Below are positions 55,145 to 64,000 of a stretch of DNA of 64,000 nt, piece after piece (the stretch's first letter is position 1; each line of letters starts with the position of its first letter). This stretch comes from Macrostomum lignano. Taxonomy: Eukaryota. Location: positions 124,001 to 188,000 of the forward strand of contig NIVC01000479.1 in NCBI GenBank assembly GCA_002269645.1. The letters are read 5' to 3'. Position numbers and translations under genes: made by a program. The notes under the pieces are model-generated. The model did no database searches and was not told where the DNA came from. It saw only the letters and a list, made by a program, of their open reading frames with translations.

Positions 55145-56262
55145 GCACAGATTAGCAATCTATTCTATTCCTTAATCTATAGGCTATAGATTAGCAATTA
55201 TCCATTCTATTCCTTAATCCATACACTATAGATTAGCAATCCATTCTATTCCTTAATCCATACGCTATATATTAGCAATCCATTCTATTCCTTAATCTAT
55301 ACACTATAGACTAGCAATCCATTCTATCCCTTAATCCATACACTATAGATTAGCAATCCATTCTATTCCTTAATACATACACTATAGATTAGCAATCCAT
55401 TCTATTCCTTAATCCATACGCTATATATTAGCAATTCATTCTATCCCTTAATCCATACACTATAGATTAGCAATCCATTCTATCCCTTAATCCATACACT
55501 ATAGATTAGCAATCCATTCTATTCCTTAATCCATAGACTATAGATTAGCAATCCATTCTATTTCTTAATCCATACACTATAGATTAGCAATCCATTCTAT
55601 TTCCTAATCCATACACTATAGATTAGCAATCCATTCTATTCCTTAATCCATAGGCAATAGATTAGCAATCCATTCTATTCCTTAAGCCATACGCTATAGA
55701 TTAGCAATCCATTCTATTCCTTAATCCATACGCTATAGATTAGCAATCCATTCTATTCCTTAATCCATAGACAATAAATTAGCAATCCATTCTATTCCTT
55801 AATCCTTACACCATAGATTAGCAATCCATTCTATTCCTTAATCCTTACACCATAGATTAGCAATCCATTCTATTCCTTAATCCATAGACAATAAATTAGC
55901 AATCCATTCTATTCCTTAATCCTTACACTATAGATTAGCAATCCATTCTATTCCTTAATCCATAGACAATAAATTAGCAATCCATTCTATTCCTTAATCC
56001 TTACACTATAGATTAGCAATCCATTCTATTCCTTAATCCATACGCTATAGATTAGCAATTATCCACTCTATTCCTTAATCCATACGCTATAGATTAGCAA
56101 TCCATTCTATCCCTTAATCCATACAATAGATAGGCAATTATCCATTTTATACCTTAATCCATACACTATAGATTAGCAATCCATTTTATTCCTTAATCCA
56201 TAGGCTATAGATTAGCAATCCATTTTATTCCTCAATCTATAGGCTATAGATTAGCAATCCAC
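55145..56262 (+). repeat. 39-bp minisatellite with tagattagcaatccatt core
   Basis: Unit tagattagcaatccattctattccttaatccatacacta. Confidence 0.96.
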
Positions 56263-57046
56263 TGGACAACAAAGGAAATCAAACAAACAAAACATTGAAA
56301 TGACATGAATATGCATGCGAAGGTCAGCGAAAGCATGGCATGACATGCTACTTGAACAAAAGTCCAGCCTCATATTAAAATATATTTGTTAAAATTTATA
56401 AGCTTCATGGGTTTGGGGCACTTAAATGTAAATATATTACTCCAGAATCATATTCATTTTTAAAAAAAAATCATCCATAATTAATATTTCTTAATGTGTA
56501 CACGCAATGGAGATGAAAAATCAGCAATTCAAATTAATTGATATTTAGCTAATATAACAATACATGATTTATGCGTTATAATGAGAACAGGTTAAGAAAA
56601 GCACCAATTTAAATTTAATGGTTTTGAATTCTTGTTTAGCGGAGCTACTGAAATTGAAATAGGCGATTTAGTCAGAAAATACTTGAAAATTAATATTAAG
56701 TATAATTTCTATTACACAGCGGTAACATACTGTTTGACTAAGCTTTATTTTAAAAAGGTGAGGCCTAATTAAATAAGGGTATGCGATTGGAAAACAGAGT
56801 TAACAGCAAATAGTCAGGAAGCGATATATAGCATTGATTGGAAATATAATATAATATTAATGTATAATACCTACAATTTGGAATACAATGACAATCGTTA
56901 GACTAGAAGCATTAATATAAATTGTTAGGAATTTTGCAGCTGGGGTTAGTGCAGATAAACCTACTTTGAAATTAGTGTGCTTTTGCCTGCAAATAAAATG
57001 TGCATGTTATATATATAATACACTGCTTTCTAACAATGCAAGAGGT

Positions 57047-57387
57047 GTCACGTGACTAAGCAAGCCTAAATAAGGGTCACGTGACTGTTTGAATCTAATC
57101 AGAGAGGTTTCACGTGATTCAACAAGTCTAAATTGGCGTCACGTGATTTAGCAAGCCTAAATTGGCGTCACGTGAATCAGCAAGCCTAAATTGGCGTCAC
57201 GTGATTTAGCAAGCCTAAATTGGCGTAACGTGACTCAGAAAGCGCAAATTGGCGTCACGTGACTGTTTGAATCTAATCAGAGAGGTGTCACGTGATTCAA
57301 CAAGCCTAAATTGGCGTCACGTGACTCAACAAGCCTAAATTGGCGTCACGTGACTATTTGAATCCAAACAAAGCGGTGTCACGTAAC
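57047..57387. promoter_or_regulatory. About 29-33-bp repeat carrying 12 GTCACGTGAC-like E-box palindromes
   Basis: Sites at 57047, 57076, 57109, 57138, 57167, 57196, 57225, 57254, 57287, 57316, 57345, 57378; CACGTG is intact in 10. Regulatory role is inferred. Confidence 0.4.
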
Positions 57388-57540
57388 TCTTTATTAAACA
57401 AGACAATAAATCAATAAATTTACTTATTGTCTTCAAGACAATAACAATAAAAAAGATCGAGTTTGACAATGAAGCAACTCTAGCGTAAATTCTAAAGTTC
57501 ACTAATCACGGAATTACCAACCAAAGCATTATAAAATCAT

Positions 57541-57738
57541 TCATTTCGTCCGTTTTCGCCATTTCATCACCGCGCCAGCGTCTACTCGAATTTTGATGCT
57601 GGCGCCCTCAGCAACTTGCACAGTCTGGGAGACTGCGTCCATCAGTGCCCTGGCGTTGCCGACCAACATCTCGGTGGCTTCCATGTCCTCCTCGGGGTCT
57701 GGCGGTTGACGAGGGATCAGCGACTTTAGGGACATTGT
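57541..57738 (-). CDS. VCL: Vinculin, last coding exon (tail domain helix 5 and C-terminus); upstream exons lie beyond the window
   Basis: Acceptor gctag| then TMSLKSLIPRQPPDPEEDMEATEMLVGNARALMDAVSQTVQVAEGASIKIRVDAGAVMKWRKRTK*. This matches the vinculin C-terminus as recalled ([35 protein letters not shown]..RW) rather than alpha-catenin. AATAAA on the minus strand near 57390. Confidence 0.9.
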   Translation of the reverse strand, partial: TMSLKSLIPRQPPDPEEDMEATEMLVGNARALMDAVSQTVQVAEGASIKIRVDAGAVMKWRKRTK

Positions 57739-57824
57739 CTAGCGGCACCTTTCTGACTGACTGTGCAACTAGCGACACCTGACACTCATTTCGTCAATAA
57801 GGGACACCAAGTTAGGGACTGAAA

Positions 57825-60205
57825 TACACTTCTGACACTAATTTAGCTAACTAAAATACAATTCTGACACTAATTTAGCTACCTAAAATACACTAATTTA
57901 GCCTCCTAAATACACTTCTGACACTAATTTAGCCTCACAAATACACTTCTGACACTAATCTAGCCTCCTAAATACACTTCTGACACTAATTTAGCCTCCT
58001 AAATACACTTCTGACACTAATTTAGCCTCTCAAATACACTTCTGACACTAATTTAGCCATCTAAATACACTTCTGACACTAATTTAGCCTCCTAAATACA
58101 CTTCTGACACTAACTTAGCCTCCTAATTACACTTCTGACACTAATTTAGCCTCACAAATACACTTCTGACACTAATTTAGCCTCTCAAATACACTTCTGA
58201 CACTAATTTAGCCTCTCAAATACACTTCTGACACTAATTTAGCCTCCTAAATACACTTCTGACACTAATTTAGCCTCACAAATACACTTCTGACACTAAT
58301 TTAGCCTCTCAAATACACTTCTGAAACTAATTTAGCCTCTCAAATACACTTCTGACACTAATTTAGCCTCCTAAATACACTTCTGACACTAATTTAGCCA
58401 TCTAAATACACTTCTGACACTAATTTAGCTACCTAAAATACACTTCTGACACTAATTTAGCCTCCTAAATACACTTCTGACACTAATTTAGCCTCCTAAT
58501 TACACTTCTGACACTAATTTAGCCTCACAAATACACTTCTGACACTAATCTAGCCTTTCAAATACACTTCTGACACTAATTTAGCCTCCTAAATACACTT
58601 CTGACACTAATTTAGCTACCTAAAATACACTTCTGACACTAATTTAGCTTCCTAAATACACTTCTGACACTAATTTAGCCTCTCAAATACACTTCTGACA
58701 CTAATTTAGCCTCCTAAATACACTTCTGACACTAATTTAGCCTCCTAAATACACTTCTGACACTAACTTAGCCTCCTAATTACACTTCTGACACTAATTT
58801 AGCCTCACAAATACACTTCTGACACTAATTTAGCCTCACAAATACACTTCTGAAACTAATTTAGCCTCTCAAATACACTTCTGACACTAATTTAGCCTCC
58901 TAAATACACTTCTGACACTAATTTAGCCTCTCAAATACACTTCTGACACTAATTTAGCCTCTCAAATACACTTCTGACACTAATTTAGCCTCTCAAATAC
59001 ACTTCTGACACTAATTTAGCCTCCTAAATACACTTCTGACACTAATTTAGCCATCTAAATACACTTCTGACACTAATTTAGCTACCTAAAATACACTTCT
59101 GACACTAATTTAGCCTCCTAAATACACTTCTGACACTAATTTAGCCTCCTAATTACACTTCTGACACTAATTTAGCCTCACAAATACACTTCTGACACTA
59201 ATCTAGCCTTTCAAATACACTTCTGACACTAATTTAGCCTCCTAAATACACTTCTGACACTAATTTAGCTACCTAAAATACACTTCTGACACTAATTTAG
59301 CCTCCTAAATACACTTCTGACACTAATTTAGCCTCTCAAATACACTTCTGACACTAATTTAGCCTCCTAAATACACTTCTGACACTAATTTAGCCTCCTA
59401 AATACACTTCTGACACTAACTTAGCCTCCTAATTACACTTCTGACACTAATTTAGCCTCACAAATACACTTCTGACACTAATTTAGCCTCACAAATACAC
59501 TTCTGAAACTAATTTAGCCTCTCAAATACACTTCTGACACTAATTTAGCCTCCTAAATACACTTCTGACACTAATTTAGCCTCTCAAATACACTTCTGAC
59601 ACTAATTTAGCCTCTCAAATACACTTCTGACACTAATTTAGCCTCTCAAATACACTTCTGACACTAATTTAGCCTCTCAAATACACTTCTGACACTAATT
59701 TAGCTACCTAAAATACACTTCTGACACTTATTTAGCCTCCTAAACACACTTCTGACACTAATTTAGCCTCTCAAATACACTTCTGACACTAATTTAGCCT
59801 CCTAAATACACTTCTGACACTAATTTAGCCTCCTAAATACACTTCTGACACTAACTTAGCCTCCTAATTACACTTCTGACACTAATTTAGCCTCACAAAT
59901 ACACTTCTGACACTAATTTAGCCTCACAAATACACTTCTGAAACTAATTTAGCCTCTCAAATACACTTCTGACACTAATTTAGCCTCCTAAATACACTTC
60001 TGACACTAATTTAGCCTCTCAAATACACTTCTGACACTAATTTAGCCTCTCAAATACACTTCTGACACTAATTTAGCCTCTCAAATACACTTCTGACACT
60101 AATTTAGCTACCTAAAATACACTTCTGACACTTATTTAGCCTTTTAAATACACTTCTGACACTAATTTAGCTAACTAAAATACAATTCTGACACTAATTT
60201 AGGCA
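57825..60205. repeat. 31-bp minisatellite (tacacttctgacactaatttagcctcctaaa), about 75 copies, in the vinculin intron
   Basis: Direct reading; variant order recurs, indicating higher-order duplication. Confidence 0.97.
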
Positions 60206-60769
60206 CTAAAATACACTTTCTGAAACTAGTTTGGGCCATAGCAAATATTTGGTAAAGTTCTGAATTTCCTACAAACAAGAAGCAATGCTGCAAAAGCAGT
60301 CTCAATATTAGCTTTTAATTATTATGATCAGATTGTTAACTGTGCAATGGCTCACTTGTGCATGACGGTTCAAAATAAAAATGTCTAACATATTGACACA
60401 TTTATAAACAAAAATATTTTCATCCTTGAGTGCACATAAATAGTGTGCTGTCTGATTATGCTGTGAATACTGACTGAAATAATACACAATTGAAAGCAAA
60501 GTTGAGCGAATTAGATGATGCGTCTATTAATAAATAATCTTTTATCCGAATAGGAGACTCACTATATGAAGCTGGCGGATCATTTGCTGGTAAAAGAAAA
60601 CAATTTTTAACAAGAATTCTTTGCTCTTTAGACTTTTGTAAGGCCAGTTACCAAAGTTTTTATTTGCATTAAAAATAGGGGTATGTGCCACAATGGGAGA
60701 GGTTTGATAAAAATTAAAGTGTAAGAGATAAGATACCCCGTAAGTGATAACAGCTATCCATTTTTTTTC

Positions 60770-61650
60770 TGGCGGGTGCCGGTCTATCTATGCCAGTTTG
60801 TACAATTTGGGGTGGCGGGTGCCGGTCTATCTATGCCAGTTTATACATTTTGGGGTGGCGGGTGCCGCTCTATCTATGACAGTGTGTACATTTTGGGGTG
60901 GCGAGGGCCGGCTTATCTATGCCAGTGTGTAAAATCTGGGGTGGCGAGGGCCGGCCTATCTATGCCAGAGTGTAAAATCTGGGGTGGAGAGGGCCGGCCT
61001 ATCTATGCCAGTGTGTAAAATTTGGGGTGGAGAGGGCCGGCCTATCTATGCCAGTGTGTACATTTTGGGGTGGCGGGTGCCGGCCTATCTATGCCAGTGT
61101 GTAAAATTTGGGATGGAGAGGGCCGGCCTATCTATGCCAGTGTGTAAAATTTGGGGTGGAGAGGGCCGGCCTATCTATGCCAGTGTGTAAAATTTGGGGT
61201 GGAGAGGGCCGGCCTATCTATGCCAGTGTGTACATTTTGGGGTGGCGGGTGCCGGTCTATCTATGCCAGTGTGTACATTTTGGGGTGGCGGGTGCCGGTC
61301 TATCTATGCCAGTGTGTACATTTTGAGGTGGCGGGTGCCGGCCTATCTATGCCAGTGTGTACATTTTGGGGTGGCGGGTGCCGGTCTATCTATGCCAGTG
61401 TGTACATTTTGGGGTGGCGGGTGCCGGTCTATCTATGCCAGTGTGTACATTTTGAGGTGGCGGTTTGCCGGTCTATCTATGCCAGTGTGTACATTTTGGG
61501 GTGGCGGGTGCCGGTCTATCTATGCCAGTGTGTACATGATTCTGGGGTGGCGGGTGCCGGTCTATCTATGCCAGTGTGTACATTTTGGGGTGGCAGTTGC
61601 CGGTCTATCTATGCCAGTGTGTACATGATTCTGGGGTGGCGGGTGCCGGC
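60770..61650. repeat. 43-bp minisatellite (gccggtctatctatgccagtgtgtacattttggggtggcgggt)
   Basis: About 20 copies. Confidence 0.95.
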
Positions 61651-62289
61651 GTCTCTACATGTACAGGAATGCCGGTGGAGTGGTAGGTGCTCTGTGTTAC
61701 GGCCTACGAGTACAATTAAGATAGAAGCTTTCACCACATATATTATAGCCACTGCGCAGGTTCAATGAGTAAAAAAATTAACCTAAAATATGCACGTATA
61801 AAACGAGAAAAAGATGAAGTGGCACAACAATAAAAGTCGCTACAAACATCGATATATTCCTAAACAAATTAAACGGTGATGTTTGACAAGCGCCTAAGGG
61901 ATTGTAAAATAATAAGAAAGAAAACGCAAAGAACTAAGACCTAAATTAGGCAAGGCATGGGGGTGGTGATAATGGGGCCAATCTAGGCAAATGCGAGAGT
62001 CTCACTGTATTCTTTGCCAATTCTCAGCGGAATGCAGGACGCAACACCGCAGCTTTTTGGCTTGGCTGCGCCGTTGTGCAGTCGACAGGTAGATAGAGGG
62101 AAAATTTTATACACAAGTATCAGCTCACGGGATACAAAACTGGATGCCTATCGCATGGTTAATAAAATAATCAACAAAGAAAAACCAGATAAGTAGGCTT
62201 ACGGCTGCAATTTTCGAAGATATCGGTTTGAGACTCACAGGTCAGTTTATAGAGAAGTTATTGAGGATAATTTTAGGGAAGACTCTTGG

Positions 62290-63595
62290 GTCTGTTTAGG
62301 GACGATTTAAGGTCGTTTTAAGAAAAATTTAGATATGCTTAGGGACAATTTGAAGGTCCGTTTAGGAAACGATTTTAGGTCATCTTAGGTACGATTCTTA
62401 GGTCAGTTAAGGGACGATTCTTAGGTCAACTTAGGGACGATTCTTAGGTCAGTTAAGGGACGATTCTTAGGTCAGTTAAGGGACGATTCTTAGGTCAGTT
62501 TAGGTACGATTCTTAGGTCAGCTTAGGGACGATTCTTAGGTCAACTTATGTACGATTCTTAGGTCAGTTAAGGGACGATTCTTAGGTCAGTTAAGGGACG
62601 ATTCTTAAGTCAGCTTAGGGACGATTCTTAGGTCAGCTTAAGTACGATTCTTAGGTCAGTTAAGTACGATTCTTAGGTCAGTTTAGGTACGATTCTTAGG
62701 TCAACTTAGAGACGATTCTTAGGTAAACTTATGTACTATTCTTAGGTCAGTTAAGGGACGATTCTTAGGTCAGTTAAGGGACGATTCTTGGGTCAGCTTA
62801 GGGACGATTCTTAGGTCAGTTTAGGGACGATTCTTAGGTCAGCTTAGGGACGATTCTTAGGTCAGCTTAGGGACGATTCTTAGGTCAGCTTAAGTACGAT
62901 TCTTAGGTCAGTTTAGGGACGATTCTTAGGTCAGCTTAAGTACGATTCTTAGGTCAGTTAAGGGACGATTCTTAGGTCAGCTTAGGGACGATTCTTAGGT
63001 CAACTTAAGTACGATTCTTAGGTCAGTTAAGGGACGATTCTTAGGTCAGTTTAGGGACGATTCTTAGGTCAGCTTAAGTACGATTCTTAGGTCAGCTTAG
63101 GGACGATTCTTAGGTCAACTTAAGTACGATTCTTAGGTCAGCTTAGGGACGATTCTTAGGTCAACTTAAGTACGATTCTTAGGTCAGCTTAGGGACGATT
63201 CTTAGGTCAACTTAGGGACGATTCTTAGGTCAACTTAAGTACGATTCTTAGGTCAGTTAAGGGACGATTCTTAGGTCAGCTTAGGGACGATTCTTAGGTC
63301 AACTTAAGTACGATTCTTAGGTCAACTTAAGTACGATTCTTAGGTCAGTTAAGGGACGATTCTTAGGTCAGCTTAGGGACGATTCTTAGGTCAACTTAGG
63401 GACGATTCTTAGGTCAACTTAAGTACGATTCTTAGGTCAGTTAAGGGACGATTCTTAGGTCAGCTTAGGGACGATTCTTAGGTCAACTTAGGGACGATTC
63501 TTAGGTCAACTTAAGTACGATTCTTAGGTCAGTTAAGGGACGATTCTTAGGTCAGTTAAGGGACGATTCTTAGGTCAGCTTAGGTCAGTATAATT
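62290..63595. repeat. 23-bp minisatellite (gggacgattcttaggtcagctta) containing TTAGGG/TTAGGT hexamers
   Basis: About 55 copies. Confidence 0.96.
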
Positions 63596-64000
63596 TTTTA
63601 GATAAAGGTTTGGAACGGTTACAATATTGAACCGGCTTTAAATAAGATCATAAAATACTTTAATTCCAAAGGTGTAAAAACCCACTATAAACAATACCGA
63701 ATGCACTTTTTCATGCTATTAAAAAGTGATAAAAATTTTCATTTCAAAATGGCACGCAACTAAAATCAATCAGATTTATTTGCCACCAGCGGGCAAGCAA
63801 CAAGGTATTGAAAAAACCCCTAGAAAAAGTGCACTTGAACAGTGAAATTCAATTTTGTTAAAATGGTGCAATATTGTTTATTAAAAATTGTCGCATGCAT
63901 TTTAGCATTAGTAATACAAAATCATTCTGAGTTTTTTATTGCAACATGTTGGCCTGTCAAATTTAATTTAAAATAACAATGATAAAAAAGTCCTCAACAA

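Noticed and set aside
57739-64000. Penultimate vinculin exon (expected ...QLKILSTVKA)
   Set aside because: Not found on the minus strand in the non-repeat sequence; presumed beyond the window.

Overview
Eukaryotic (metazoan) genomic DNA with spliceosomal introns. GC-rich exons are separated by introns that are mostly filled with micro- and minisatellites (about 40 distinct arrays). This architecture is reminiscent of the flatworm Macrostomum lignano, which is my inference and was not checked. Exons were joined by hand using splice consensus and reading-frame phase. Genes: (1) a probable last exon of a + strand membrane protein at the left edge; (2) a - strand 2-TM protein at 6300-6938, possibly with a cryptic Gly/Ala/Pro repeat tail; (3) a 4-exon FBXW7/Cdc4-type F-box/WD40 gene (+, 8479-11942); (4) a 4-exon secreted Cys-rich follistatin/Kazal-like gene (-, 14901-17604) with a 1-nt homopolymer frameshift; (5) a 4-exon CCDC149-like gene (+, 19221-24388); (6) a roughly 20-exon gene (-, 26954-49232) encoding F-BAR + coiled coil + long disordered region + STAC-type tandem SH3, with no visible C1 domain; (7) the last exon of vinculin (-, 57541-57738). 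Other elements: a direct-repeat-flanked insert inside a (GATA)n tract, a foldback element, arrays that keep TTCYNRGAA or GTCACGTGAC motifs while their spacers vary, and reverse-complementary satellites flanking one exon. No rRNA, tRNA or CRISPR array was seen. Most long ORFs in the supplied track are translations of tandem repeats. Repeat boundaries are approximate.
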